From Mobula hypostoma (lineage: Eukaryota), in NCBI RefSeq assembly GCF_963921235.1, contig NC_086097.1, forward strand, positions 238,144,001-238,208,000: a stretch of DNA of 64,000 nucleotides, written 5' to 3'. The notes beneath the pieces were generated by a model, which made no database searches, was not told where the DNA came from, and saw nothing but the letters and a program-made list of their open reading frames with translations. Below, one piece after another: positions 38,945 through 52,805 of this stretch (the first letter of the stretch is position 1; each line of letters begins with the position of its first letter). Made by a program: the position numbers and the translations under genes.

Positions 38945-39870
38945 CATAGACCATAAGACCATAAGATATAGGAACCAAAGTAGGCCATTTCGCCCATCAA
39001 GTCTGCTCCGCTATTCAATCATGGCTGAACTCTTTTCCCCTCCTCAGCCCCACTCCCCTCATTTCTCCTCATAACCTTTGATGCCATGGCCAATCAAGAA
39101 CTTATCAATCTTCATCTTAAATACACCCAATGACCTGGCCTCCACGGCTGCCTGTGCTAACCAGTTAGATAGGTTTTTACATAGTAAAGGAATTAAGGGT
39201 TTTGGGTAAAAAGCAGCTAGATGGAGCTAAGCTTACGGACAGATCAGCCATGATCTTATTGAGTGGCGGGGCAGGCTCGATGGGCTGGATGGCCTACTCC
39301 TGCTCCTACTTCTTATGTTCTTATGTATATAACAAATTCCAGGCATTTACCACTCTCTGGCCAAAGAAATTTCTCCGCATCTCTGTTTTAAATGAACGCT
39401 CCTCTATCCTGAGGCTGTGTCCTTTTGTCCTAGACTTCCCCACCATGGGAAGCATCTTTTCCAAACCTACTCAGTCTGGGCCTTTCAACATTTGAAACGT
39501 TTCAATAAGATTCCCCCTCATCCTTCTAAGTTCTAGTGAGTATAGACCTAGAGCTATCAAACATTCCTTGTATGATAAACCTTTCATTCCCAGAATTATC
39601 CTTATGAACCTTCTCTGTACCCTCTCCAATGCCAGCACATCTTTTCTTGATGAGGAGCCCAAATCTGTTCACAATACTCAAGGTGAGGCCTCATCCATGC
39701 CTTATATAGCCTCAGCATCACACCTCTGCTCTTATATTCTGGACCTCTTGAAATGAATGCTAACATTGCATTTGCCTACCTCACCACTGATTCTACCTGC
39801 AAGTTAACCTTTAGGTTGTTTTGCCAAGGGCTCCCAAGACCCTATACTTCTCAGATTTTGGATTTTCTTT
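38945..39870 (-). mobile_element. CR1 LINE 3' portion (with a small plus-strand CR1 tail inserted at about 39160-39325)
   Basis: RKDVLALERVQRRFIRII..LGLYSLELRRMRGNLIETF; tail ccatagaccataagaccataag. Confidence 0.75.
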
Positions 39871-40529
39871 CTGAAAATGTTCGGTGAAATGCACCATTGG
39901 TGTCAAATCAAATCAGTGAGGATTGTACTGTGCAGAATGTACATGTTTCCGCCCTTCTAGTGCCAACGTAGCATGCTCACAACTTACTAACTCCAAAGCA
40001 TACATTTTAGGAAAGTGGGAGGAAACTGGAGCACCTGGAGGAAATCCACATGGTCCCAGCAAGAACATATCAGCTCCTTTCAGACAACAGCAGGAAATGA
40101 ACTCTGGTTGATGCTTGCCGGCACTGTAAAATGATGCACTAACTGCTACACTTACATTATTTAATGAAGTTACAGTCGGCTTGACAGCTCAAATACAGCA
40201 CTAATTAACATTGAAAGAAAGACTTAATAAAAGAGAATCCAGCAGCGGCAAATTCCGATATTGTGTTTTTTGCCTTCAACTAAAAAGCAAAGCAGCGTGA
40301 TTACCTTACCCCTCAATGAGTAGCGAGTAAAATTTAGCATTAGTTCACAGCTGGTAGATTAGGTTGCACAGCAGTCTAACCTAACAGTGTCTGTCATTGA
40401 AAGCAAAGGAAATCTGGTCTATGATTCTGCAGTTCAATAAACCAGAAAAAATACAAAGTTATTAATCATGTTATTTTTTAAGTATGACCAATAAAAATCT
40501 AGAAGGGGGAATTTTTGATCTATGTAGAA

Positions 40530-40983
40530 CAGTGCTTCTTAACCTCGGGTCCGTAGATAGATTCCAGGTGTCCGTGAACTTGGATGGGAAAAAATTTACA
40601 TCTTTATTTTCACTGACCTCAAACTGAAATGTAACATTTCCTTAGGCAACAAACTTACAAACCTAGTATTAGCAGTACCTGTGACTTTATCACCAATAGA
40701 AATCACAGATATTTTCATCCCACATCACAGTTGTTATAAATATCTTGAAATATCATTTACGCCTTTTTCATCACTACTTGTTACTAAAAGCGTTAATAAA
40801 GAAACACATTATTATATCACAGATTTGCTTTTTATAATATTTTTATAACCATATGTCAAAAGAATTGGTTTCATTTGCAATTCTAAGCATTTTATTTTCT
40901 ACTTTTAGATACATAATTCTGGAAAGGGGTCCGACGGCTTCACCAGACTGCCAAAGGGCTCCATGGCATAAAAAGACTTCCTG
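40530..40983. mobile_element. hAT/Charlie-like MITE
   Basis: CAGTGCTTCTTAACCT...CTTCCTG ends, internal GGGGTCC/GTCCG motifs, degenerate 8-bp flanks ATGTAGAA and ATGGACAA. Confidence 0.5.
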
Positions 40984-43197
40984 ATGGACAATTTAATTTA
41001 ACTTAATTTTAAAACTGGAGCTGAGTTTTACTTTTTATTTAAAGCCAAGATTATTTAAGATCAGCCAGCATGATGTAGTCCTCAAACCAGATGCGTTACT
41101 GTGAGCAAAGTACCAATATTTATGTAACTTTCAGAGGTTTATATTACTAATAGAAAAATGAATAATTCTTTATTTTATTGAACATAAAAGCATCAAAGCA
41201 TGAATCAGCTATCAGTTTGCATTTTCAAAATTTAAACAAGCTATATACGAAAGCTAAACACTAAAATAGATGTCAGGGTCACGTTTCTATCAAAGGAGGA
41301 CCAAGGCTCTCCTTCCCTCCGCTAACCTACAGGTTACCCTTGGGCAAGGTGTAGCATCTGCTTAGTCCCCCAATCAGGGACACGTGAAACTATCGGAGCA
41401 TGTGGTGGATGGTCATATGAGCGGCTGGTGTGTATCACAAGTCCTGCTTGTGCAACCACTGATGCTCGGTAGACAATCTCTGAAGAGTATTGATAATGGC
41501 TGGGGTCATCCGTCTTGTAAAGACATTGCTCAGAAGAAGAAAAATTTGCCAAGAAAAATCATGGTCATGTAAAGACCATGATCCCCAATGTCACATGACA
41601 TGGCACATAATGATGATGATAATACACGAAAGAATTATAAAATCCTGTCTTACAGAAATAAGATTATTCAAACTATCAAGTCAGCCAAAAGATGACAAAA
41701 GGTGATCAGTTTAGGTACTCCCACAGCTGGGTCTCTGACTATCTCCATAAATAAGCACAAGTGCTCTTATAGAAGATATATTTTTTTAAACATGACAAGA
41801 GATTCTATATTTACGATCCTTCAAACTCTGAATATCCTCAACTCCCTTCCAATTATTCTACCAACTAACTTAAATTGATGGCTTTTAGTTAGTTACCTCT
41901 CTGCTAATGGAATAGCTCTGTCCTCTTCCTCCAATCCAAGCTTCATAATTTTATACACTTCAATTAAAGCATATATCAGTCTTGTTTGACCAAGAAAATC
42001 AGACCCACACACCTCTGCTTAAAACTAAAATTCTACTCAAATCTCTATCAACAAGGAAATGCTATCAACATTTTCTAGTTGTGGCAGAACAAGTGTTGTA
42101 TGTAAGACCATAAGACATAGGATCCGAATTAGACTTCCAGCCCATTGAGTCTGTTCTGTCATTCCATCCTGGCTGATTAATTCAATCTTTAACCCCATTC
42201 TCCTACCTGTCCAGGTAAACTTTGACACACTTTCTAATTAGAAAACCTATCACCCTCAGCTTTAAATATACCCAATGACTTGACCTCAACAGCCATCTGC
42301 GGCAATGAATTCCACAGTTTTATCCACACTCCCGCTAACAAAATTCCTCATCTCTGTTCTAAAGGGATATCCTTCTATTCTGAGGCTGTGCCCTCTTTTC
42401 ATAGATTCCCCTTCTGAAGGATATATCCTCTCATGACCCATGCTAACCATCTTTTCAAACAGTCCTGTTCCATTTAGAGATCTGTGGACTTGCACAGCAG
42501 TTATTTGCCTTCTGAAATATAGTTATACATTCGCTGTCTTCTAGTTCTCCTGCATTATAGCAGTTGCCAAAGAGGTTAAAAAAAAACAATGGTTAGAGAA
42601 TCCTCTATTTCCTCCCTTATATAAGCTGCTGATTTATCCATTACATTTCTAAGTGAGTCAAAATGTACTTGGTTACAAACTTATAATACACAATCATTCT
42701 TGGCCTCTGGACATACACATTTCTTATTCTTACACCTAGTTTTATCACTGTCATGACATAGTATCAAATCTGTTAATCATTTTTACTGGAACAAACAGGA
42801 GGCAGTGAACATTGATGTTGCTATCCACAGCTAAGATTTATTGTGCTTGGACCAATTTAGCATGAGAATTGGATTTTCTTCAGTGTTCAAAGTGATAACG
42901 TTTTAGAGGCATATTATAGACCAACTTTTTTTGCAAAGTTCTTTGTTGTTGTCGTCGCGTGGCCATCAACTCATGGCGACCCTATGGCTCATGTAGTTGT
43001 CTATAGGGTTTACATGGCAAGATATGGAAGTAGATTGGCAGGCTTTTTTTCCCCTCACGGATACTGTTGCTGGCAAGGTTGGGACCAAACCAGATTCGAA
43101 CGCAGGGCTATCCACCTCAAGGTCCAGTGTTGATGTCACTATACCACAGGCCAGGAACCAATGTCCTTTACCCCAGGAAGTCAAAATTAGAATTATA

Positions 43198-43955
43198 AAC
43201 ACAAGGGAGTCTGTAGATGCTGGAAATCCAAATACACACGAAATGATGGATGAACTCAGGAGGTCAGGCAACCTCTATGGAAATGACTAAACAGTTGATG
43301 TTTTGGGCCGAGAGCCTTCATCAGGACTGCAAAGGAAGGGCAAAGATGCCAGAGTAAGAAAGTGAGGGGAGAGGAAGTAGGGCAAGCTGGAAGATGATAG
43401 GTGAAGCCAGATGGATGAGGGAGGTGGGATGAAGTAAAAAGCTGGGAGGTGATAAGTGGAAAAGGCAAAGGGTTGGAGAGGAAGGAATCTGATAGGAGAG
43501 GAAAGGGGACCTTGGGAGAATAGAATGGAGGAGGAGCACCAGGAAGAGGTGATAGGAGGTGAGGAGGAAGTAAGAGGCAGAATTAGGAAACTGTAGGAGA
43601 GGGAAGGAGAAGGAAAATAATTACCGAAAGTTGGAGAAATCAATGTTCATCCCATCAAGTTGGAGGCTTCTGAGTCAGAATATGAAATGTTTTTCCTCCA
43701 ACCTGAGAGTGGAATCGCCTCATTATGGCAGAAAAAAAGGTCATGGACTGACATGTCAGAACAGGAATGAGGATCAGATTTGGAATGTTTCGTCATCAAA
43801 AAATTCCACTTTTTGCAGATAAGGTTGATAGTGGTCTCCAATCTTCATCAGATCTCACCAATGTAGAGAACGCTGCATTAGGAGCACCAGATACAGTGGA
43901 TAACCCCAATAGGTTTACAGGTGAATTGTTGCCTCACCTGGAAGGGCTGTTTGGG
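43198..43955 (-). mobile_element. PLE 3' fragment
   Basis: Reverse complement of the PLE terminus and GIY-YIG end; degenerate hammerhead at about 43293-43328. Confidence 0.75.
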
Positions 43956-43959
43956 ACCC

Positions 43960-44650
43960 ATAACACCATAAGACCATCAAACATAGGAGCAGAATTAGGC
44001 CATTCAGCCCCATCAAGTCCACTCTGCCATTTCATCATGGGTGATCCCAGATCCCATTCAACCCCATACACCTACCTTCTCACCATATCCCTGGATGCCC
44101 TGAACAATCAACTTCCACTTTAAATCTATCAACTTCTGCTTTAAATACACCCACAGACGTAGCCTTCACCACAGTGGCAGAGCATTCCACAGATTCCTCA
44201 CTATTTGGCTAAAAAAATTCCTCCTTACACCTGTTCTAAAAGGTTGTCCCTCAATTTTGAGGCTGTACCCTCTAGTTCTGGACGCCCCAACCACAGGCAA
44301 CATCCTTTCCACATCCATCTTCTCCAGTCCTTTCAACAGTCAGTAGGTTTCAATGGGATCCCCATACATTCTTCTAAGTTCCAGTGAGTACAGGTCCGAA
44401 GCTGCTTGACGCTTCTCATATGTTAACCCCTTCATTCTTGGAATCAGCCCCGTGAACCTCCTTTGGACTCTCTCCAATGACAATACATCCTTTCCGAGAT
44501 AAGAGGCCAAAACTGTTGACAATTCTCCAAGTGTGGCCTGATTAGTGTCTTATAAAGCTTTAGCATTATCTCTTTTTATATGCTATTCCCCTTGAAATAA
44601 GTGCCAAGATTGCATTTGCCTACTATACCATAGACTCAACCAGTGAATTA
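43960..44650 (-). mobile_element. CR1 LINE 3' portion
   Basis: YLGKDVLSLERVQRRFTGLIPRMKGLTYE; tail ccataacaccataagacc. Confidence 0.8.
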
Positions 44651-44659
44651 ATCATACAA

Positions 44660-44843
44660 AACCATAAAGTGCAACATGTCACTAAATTTTCTGCGTTCCC
44701 ATTTGCACTTCTTCCTTGCAAATATTGGTGCTGTCAGTGACGACTATGGTGAAAAGTTTTACCAAAACACTGTAGTCATGGAGAAATGGTATCAGGGCAA
44801 CTAGAATTCATCAGTGCTGGCAGATCATTATTCGACACTTAAG
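44660..44843 (+). mobile_element. Short second fragment of the same Sola-like transposase
   Basis: Homologous to 58070-58260 (tgcaacatgtcact...gctgtcagtgac...ggtgaaa...gagaaatggta...gacacttaag). Confidence 0.55.
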
Positions 44844-44849
44844 TTACTG

Positions 44850-47572
44850 CCCATGCCTGGTGACAGTGAGTATAGGAATAGAGTGAGGTGGAGGATAAAT
44901 GCGTGGCCGAGGGTTTGGAGTAGAGGCCAGAAATTCAGCTTCTGGATCATTGGGACCTCTTCTGAGGCAGGCATAACCTGTACAAAAAGGATGGGTTGCA
45001 CTTGAATCCGAGGGGGATCAATATCCTTGCAGGGAGGTTTGCTAAGGCTATTGGGGAGAGTTTAAACTAGAAAAGCTGGGGGTGGGAACTGAACTGAAGA
45101 GATTGAGGAAGGGGCGATTGGTTCACATACAGAGAAAGCTTGGAGACAGTGTGAGAGGGAGGATAGGTAGGTGATAGAGAAGGGATGCACTCAGACCGAT
45201 GGTTTGAGATGTGTCTATTTTAATGCAAGAAGCATCATGAACAAAGCAGATGAGCTTAGAGCGTGGATCAGTACTTGGAGCTATGATGTTGTGGCCATTA
45301 CAAAGACTTGGATGGCTCAGGGGCAGGAATAGTTACTGAGAGTGCAAGGCTATAAATGTTTCAGAAAGGACAGGGAGGGAGGCAAAAGAGGTGGGGGCGT
45401 GGCACAGCTGCAGAAAAGGAGGAAGTCATGGAGGCATTCTCTATGTGGGTGGAAGTTAGAAACAAGAAGGGGTCAATAACTCTACTGGGTGTCTTTTATA
45501 GACCACCCAATAGTAACAGGGACATCGAGGAGCAGATAGGGACACAGATTCTAGAAAGGTGTGATAATAGCAGGGCTGTCGTGGTATGAGATTTTAATTT
45601 CCCAAATATTGATTGGCATCTCCCTAGAGCAAGGGGTTTAGATGGGGTGGAGTTTGTTAGGTATGTTCAGGAAGGTTTCCTGACACAATATGTAGATAAG
45701 CCTACAAGAGGAGAGGTTGTTTAGGAGAGCCAGAAGGGGTCATGAGAAGGCCTTGGTGAGCAGGATTAAGGAAAACCCCAAGGCGTTCTACAAGTATGTG
45801 AAGAGCAAGAAGACAAGACATGAGAGAATAGGAACAATCAAGTATGACGGTGGAAAAGTGTGGATGAAACTGGAAGAGATAGCTGAGGTTCTTAATGAAT
45901 ACGTTGCTTTAGTATTCACTATGGAAAAGGATCTTGGTGATTGTAGAGATGACTTACAGAGGATTGAAAAAGTTGAGCATATAGACATTAAGAAAGAGGA
46001 TGTGTTGGAGCTTTTGGAAAGCATCTAGTCTGATAAGTCACTGGGACTGGATGAGATGTACCCCAGGCTGCTGTGGGAGGTAAGGGAGCAGATTGCTGAG
46101 CCTCTGGCAATGATCTTTGCGTCAACAATGGGGATATGGGAGGATCCAGAGGATTGAAGGGTTACAGATGTTGTTCTCTTATTCAAGAAAGGGAGTTGAG
46201 ATAGCCCAGGAAATTATAGACCAGTGAGTCTTACTTCAGTGGTTGGTAAGCTGATGGAAAAGATCTTGAAAGGCAGGATTTATGAACATTTGGAGAAGCA
46301 TAATATGATTAGGACTAGTCAGCCTGGCTTTGTCAAATGCAGATTGTGCTTTACGAGCCTGACTGAATTTTTTGAGGACGTGACTAACCACGCTGTCGAA
46401 GTAGAAATGATGTAGAACATGTTGAAGCAGTAGATGTAGTTTATATGGATTTCAGCAAGGCATTTGATAAGGTACCCCATGCAAGGCTTATTGAGAAAGC
46501 AAGGAGGCATGGGATCCAAGGTGACCTTGTTTTGTGGATCCAGAATTGGCTTGCCCACAGAAGGCAAAGAGTGGTTGTAGATGGGTCATATTCTGCATGG
46601 AGGTTGGTGACCAGTCGTGTGCCTCAGGGATCTGTTCTGGGACCCCTTCTCCTCATCATTTTTATAAATGACCTGGATGAGGAAGTGGAGGGATGGGTTA
46701 GTAAATTTGTTGATGACACAAAGGTTGGGGGTGTTGTGGATAGTGTGGAGGGCTGTCAGAGATTCCAGTGGGACATTAATAGGATGCAAAACTGGGCTGA
46801 AAAGTGGCAGATGTAGCTCAACCCAAATAAGGGTGAGGTGATTCATTTTGGTGTTTCAAATATGATGGCAGAATATAGTATTAATGGTAAGACTCTTGGC
46901 AGTGTGGAGGATCAGAGAGATCTTGGGGTCCGAGTCCAGAGGACACTGAAAGTTGCTGTGCAGGTTGACTCTGTGGTTAAGAAGGTATAGGGTACATTGG
47001 CCTTCATAATGTTGCAGCTATATAGGACCCTGGTCAGACCCCACTTGGAGTACTGTGCTCAGTTCTGGTCACCTCACTGCAGAAATGATGTGGAAATTAT
47101 AGAAAGGGTGCAGAAGAGATTTACAAAGATGTTGCCTGGATTGGGGAATAAGTTGAGTGATCTTAGTCTTTTCTCCTTGGAGCGATGGATGATGAGAGGT
47201 GATTTGATAGAGGTGTATAAGATGATGAGAGGCATTGATCGTGTAGATAGTCAGAGGCTTTTTCCCAGGGCTGAAATAGCTATCACGAGAGGGCATACTT
47301 TTAAGGTGCTTGGAAGCAGGTACACAGGAGATGTCAGGGGTAAGTTTTTTTTATGCAGAGTAGTGAGTGTGTGGAATAGGCTGCTGGCAATGGTGGTAGA
47401 GGCGGATACGATAAGGTCTTTTAAGAGACTCCTGGATAGGTACATGGAGCTTTGAAAAATAGAGTGCTATGGTAACCCTGGGTAATTTCTAAAGTAAGTA
47501 AATGTTCTGCACAGCATTGTGGGCCGAAGGGCCTGTATTGTGCTGTAGTTCTTTTCTATGTTTCTATGTTTC
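44850..47572 (+). mobile_element. CR1 LINE with internal deletions (ORF1 end, APE, RT, 3' UTR)
   Basis: ITLLGVFYRPPNS, MDFSKAFDKVPH, VPQGSVLGP, KFVDDTK and LYRTLVRPHLEYC; tail ttctatgtttctatgttt. Confidence 0.88.
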
Positions 47573-48019
47573 CAGAAGTTAATTTCTTGCTTCTCCAAAT
47601 TCGTACATATTAGAAGTAGTCTGAAAATATATTTGTGTTCAGCTTCTAGCAGTCTATCATAAGTAAAAAAAAAATTCTGAGCAAGCAATACTTACAAAAA
47701 ATTTGTTGTCAAGTGTTTTTCTCTAAGTGGGACAATGAAAGGGATCCATAGTAAATCTAATGAATTAATTGACTGTTCTAAAAATATCTGGATATTGTTT
47801 TTTATTCATCAAGAAGTATAAACAAGAAACACTCAGCAGGTCAAGCATCATCTGTGAAGAGAGAAATAGATTTGACATTTCATGTCAATCATTCTTCATT
47901 GGGATTTTTTTTTTCTTTGAGTGGTTATGCTGTTATTCCCAGCATTTCTGTTCTATTACAGACTTCTAGCACCCACACCCTTTCAATCTTCAAAATAATG
48001 ACTGGATCTATCTCCTGCA

Positions 48020-48905
48020 ACACTCAAAACATGCTGGAAGAACTCAGCAGGCCAGGCAGCACCTGAGGAAAAGAGTAAACAGCCGACATTTCGAGCCGAG
48101 ACCCTTCATCAGGACTAGAAAAAAAAGTTGAGAAGTCAGAACAAGAATGTGGGGGAGGAGAGGAAGGAGTACTTCTTAGTGGGTGATAGGTGAAACTGGG
48201 AGAGTGGAGTGGCGGAGGAGTGTGAAGTAAAGAGCTGGGAAGTTAATTGGCAAAAGAGATAAAGGCTGGAGAAGGGGGAAGCTGATAGGAGATTGTAGAA
48301 CATCATGGAAGAAAGGGTCATGGAGGAGCACCAGAGGGAGGTGATAGGCAGCTAAGTAGTTACAATGACAGAGGGAAATGGGAATGGGGGAATGGTGAAG
48401 GGGGTGAGCAATTACCAGAAGTTCGTGATATCGACATCCATTCAATCAGGTTGGTGGCTACCCAGACAGAATATAAGTTGTTGCTCCTCCAAGCTGTGCG
48501 TGGCCACATTGCCGCATTAGAGGTGGCCGTGGACTGACACATCGGATTGGGAATGGGAAATAGCATTGAAATGTGGGGCCGCCGGGAGATCCTGCTTTTT
48601 TCTGGTGGATGGAGCGTAGATGCTTGGCGAAGTGGTCTGGTATTCTATGGTGGGTCTCATCGATGTACAGAAGGCCACACTGGATCAGCAGATTCAGTAC
48701 TAGATGATCCCAACAGACTCACAGGTGATGTGTTACCTCACCTGGAAGGACTGTTTGGGGCCCTGAATAGTAGTGAGGGAGGAGGTGTAGGGGCAAGCGT
48801 GGGGCTTGTTCCGCTTGCAAGGATAAGTACCAGGAGGGAGATAAGAGGGGAGGGATGAATGGACAGGTGAGTCACATAGGGAGTGATTCCTGCAGAAAGC
48901 AGAAA
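48020..48905 (-). mobile_element. PLE fragment (GIY-YIG to 3' end)
   Basis: ORF text LPHLEGLFGALNS parallels the antisense ORF of the 5.9-6.3 kb PLE; carries the same 3' terminus. Confidence 0.75.
48081..48116 (-). ncRNA. Degenerate hammerhead ribozyme motif
   Basis: Minus strand reads AGTC-CTGATGA-AGGGTCTCGGCTC-GAAA-TG-TC-GGCT. Confidence 0.5.
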
Positions 48906-49029
48906 GTGAAGCTGAGTGAAGTTATCCTCTTTGATTCAAGAGCCTGATGGTTGAGGGATAGTAACTGCTTCTGAACCTGGTGGTGTGAGTCCTGAAGCTC
49001 CTGTTCCTTCTTCCTTATTCAATTAAATA

Positions 49030-49370
49030 ATAGTCATAGTCATACTTTATTGATCCCGGGGGAAATTGGATTTTCGTTACAGTTGTTCCATAAATAATAA
49101 ACAGTAATAGAACCATAAATAGTTAAATAGTAATATGTAAATTATGCCAGTAAATTATGAAATAAGTCCAGGACCAGCCTATTGGCTCAGGGTGTCAGAC
49201 CCTCCAAGGGAGGAGTTGTAAAGTTTGGTGGCCACAGGCAGGAATGACTTCCTATGACGCTCTGTGCTGCATCTCGGTGGAATGAGTCTCTGGCTGAATG
49301 TACTCCTGTGCCCACTCAGTACATTATGTAGTGGATGGGAGACATTGTCCAAGATGGCATGCAACTTGGA
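49030..49370 (-). mobile_element. Rex/Babar-type LINE 3' end
   Basis: HAILDNVSHPLH..RSTFSQRLIPPRCSTERHRKSFLPVATKLYN; tail tagtcatagtcatac. Confidence 0.7.
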
Positions 49371-50938
49371 ACCTCTTGGACACCAGGGACTGGGATATGG
49401 TAGGCTACTTAATGTTGATTTCTCTTATTTTACCCACACTTTCATGAGCCAAGCATGATCAATCCAAGAGTCCCAATACAGACCCCAATCTCAAACTCAA
49501 CAATCATTTATCTCAACACTATTCCCTATCTTTGGCCTAACACTGATCTCCCTTCCTTGGCCAGAGTCAGCCTGGACTCCTGACTCAACGCCCATGCCCC
49601 AATTTTTCTTAAGCAAGCTTTGGTCGTAGATGAACAGTAATGTCTTCTTCCAACATTCATTCTGTGAGTTTTGTTTCGTTACTGCAGACGTGGAAACTTG
49701 CGTGACTGAAAAACATTTCGATGATCTCAGTCAGTAGCTGCTGGATCAGACAGTTTTCTTCATTATGTCACACAAGTAGCCATGTGTAAAAAAAGTAAGA
49801 AGATATCTATGTTCAACAGAGAAGCTGTTAAGTGTCTTTGAAATGTCTAAACCACACAGGAGACAAAACAATCCAGACATCTTGAAGACCTAAAGTCGGT
49901 CTTTAAAAAAATAAATGATTAATGGGTGTTCTTGCTCTCATCACTAACTCTGCATTGCTCCGTTAAAGAATAAGAATTAACCCCATTCTTTTTCTCGCAC
50001 TCATCAGCTTTTTATAAGGCCATAAAGATCGGTAGTCTTTTGCTAAAGATACTGTCATTTATCAACTTTACAACTCATTACTCCAGGCTTCTTCATTAAA
50101 CGGTTGGAGAAATTGTTGCAGATTTCACAGGTAGTGACAGCGAGAGGCTTCATTGTGTTTGATTAATTTAATAACTGCAGAACACCAGTAGGTGAGTGAA
50201 GTATTAAAGTCTCTGTCTTAAAATAAGCATATTTTATTTCAGTGGGTTGTAAGCATTGTGGGAAGTCTTTTGCTGGTGAGGCAATGCAATGTTTAAGAAG
50301 AGTGTCAGGCCTTTTGGTATTTCTTGGTGAGCTGCAATCACCACAAGAAATCATTTTTTACTGAGGCAGCACGATGTTTAAAAAGAGCTTGGGAAGTTTC
50401 AGACTTTTTAAGCAGGCTGTAATCATTGTGAGAAGCTATTTCTTGGTGAGGCAGCCAAGGTTTACAAAGAGCACAGGGTCTTTTGGAACTTTTCTGTGGG
50501 CTGAAATCATAACGATCTCCTCGGCGCTCAGCAGGGGCCAATCACAAGATGCGAGGTGCTGAAGCATTGCTGGAGTGGACAGTATTAGAGTGTCCAAGCC
50601 TTGAGGTGAGAACAGACACAAAAACTTAAGCTTGAGATGTGAGAGGTACAACAAGCTTAACCAGGATGGCAGTTAACTCTCAATCTATATTGAATGTAAT
50701 TGTGAACAGTTTTAGGCCCCCTCATCGAAGAAAAGATGTGCTGATATTGGAGAGGCTCCAGAGGAAGTTCATCAGAATGGTTCTGGGAATGAAAGAGTTA
50801 TCATATGTGGTGTGTTTTATGGCTCTAGGCCTGTACTCGCTAGAGTTTATAAGTTTAACACGGGGTGGGGGGGGATCTCATTGAAAACTATGGAATATTA
50901 AAAGACAAAAATAGATCGGATGTGGAGAGGATGTTTTT

Positions 50939-51350
50939 CTCAAACTTCCACTAATGCCCCCCCTCCCCCTCATACCCCATCCGTTATTTATTTATATACA
51001 CATATTCTTTTTCTCTCTCCTTTTTCTCCCTCTGTCCCTCTCCCTATACCCCTTGCCCATCCTCTGGGTTTCCCCCCCTCCGCCTTTTCTTTCTCCCTAG
51101 GCCTCCTGTCCCATGATCCTCTCATATCCCTTTTGCCAATCAGCTGTCCAGCTCTTGGCTCCATCCCTCCCCCTCCTGTCTTCCCCTATCATTTTGGATC
51201 TCCCCCTCCCCCTCCCACTTTCAAATCTCTTACTAACTCTTCCTTCAGTTAGTCCTGATGAAGGGTCTCGGCCTGAAACGTCGACTGTACCTCTTCCTGG
51301 AGATGCTGCCTGGCCTGCTATGTTCACCAGCAACTTTGATGTGTGTTGCC
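50939..51350 (+). mobile_element. PLE 3' terminal fragment inserted in a CR1 fragment
   Basis: Near-identical to about 6590-6987; flanked by an 11-bp duplication AGGATGTTTTT (50928-50938 and 51351-51361). Confidence 0.85.
51251..51286 (+). ncRNA. Minimal hammerhead ribozyme motif, intact core
   Basis: AGTC-CTGATGA-AGGGTCTCGGCCT-GAAA-CG-TC-GACT. Confidence 0.75.
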
Positions 51351-52467
51351 AGGATGTTTTTTTATGGTTAGTGAGTCTAGGACCAAAAGGCACAACCTTA
51401 AAACAGAAGGATATCCATTTAGAACTGAGATGAAGATGAATTTCTTCAGCCAAAGATGATGAATCTGTGGAATTCATTGCTACTGATAGCTGTGGAGGCC
51501 AAATCATTGAGTATCTTTGAAGCAGAGACTGATAGATTCTTCATTAGTCAGGTTGTCAAAAGACTATGAGTAAGGCAGGGGAATGGGATCGAGAAGGATC
51601 GGAAATCATCTGTGGTGGGATGGTGGAGTGGACTCGAATGGCCAAATGGCCCAATTCTGCTCCTATGTGATATGGTCTCATATTGATCTCAAACGAATTG
51701 CCTTTTCTTCATTATGTTGCAATCAATGGATTTGCATTAAGAAATCTTTTCTTATAGAACCTAAATGTTCAGCACAAGATCTGTAGACATTTAGCCATTA
51801 AGTATTTTGTATTGATTGGATCAACGCACTATTTGCATTCCTAATTCAAGTCAGGATAATAAAGAAATTAAATCTGGCACAGACTACAACTGAAAAGTTC
51901 AGGCTATATCTTGTTAAATTACCAATATCAATTAGAAATGCTTATCTATGCCTATAAATTATTCACCTTCCAATGACAGTCAAGTTACTTCAGCCACTGT
52001 AATTATCTCAACTAATCACTCCACAAAGTTTTTCATTACATTTACCAAAAATGGTCATTAATTTTGTACCTCCAAATGGAGCACTGCACTTACAAATATT
52101 AATTTATAAAAAGCTTTTGAGTCACAGATAGAGTGGACAGACAGTGCCTTCTCTACCCCTGGGTGTCAATGGCTAATATAATATCTGAAGTAGTTTTTTT
52201 TTTAAAAAAGTGTGGTGAGTGTGTGGAGTTCCCTTGCCAGTGTTTGTGTTAGCGGTGGATATATTACGGACATATAAATGATTCTTAGATTGGCACATGG
52301 ATGAAAGAAAGAAAGCCTATTTACTGCTGCCAGGAGAGAGGCATCAGAGCTAATGCACTCCACTGGGTGGGGGTGGGGGGGGGTGTGCGGTGTGACACGG
52401 TGTCCAGGATAGAGTTGGTGCTGCCCCGCAGTGTTCTCTTAGCAGAAGATAAACCGTATTGTGATGA

Positions 52468-52805
52468 AACATAGAAGCACAGAAAACCTACAGCACAATA
52501 CAGGCCCTTCAGCCCCACAGAGTTGTGCCGAACATGTCCCTACCTTAGAAATTACTAGGCTTACCTATAGCCCTCTATTCTACTAAGCTCCATGTACCTA
52601 CAGTATCTAAAAGTCTCTTAAAAGACCCTATCATATCCACCTCCACCAGCGTTGCCGGCAGCCCATTCCACGCACTCACAACTCTCTGAGTAAAAGACTT
52701 ACCTGACGTCTCCTCTGTACCTACTCCCCAGCACCTTAAACCTGTATCCTCTTGTGGCAACCATTTCAGCCCTGGGAAAAAGCCTCTGACTATCCACACG
52801 ATCAA
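52468..52805 (-). mobile_element. CR1 3' end, same family as 47230-47572
   Basis: Reverse complement of the 47.2-47.6 kb 3' end (FTQRVVSAWNGLP..DMIGSFKRLLD). Confidence 0.8.
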
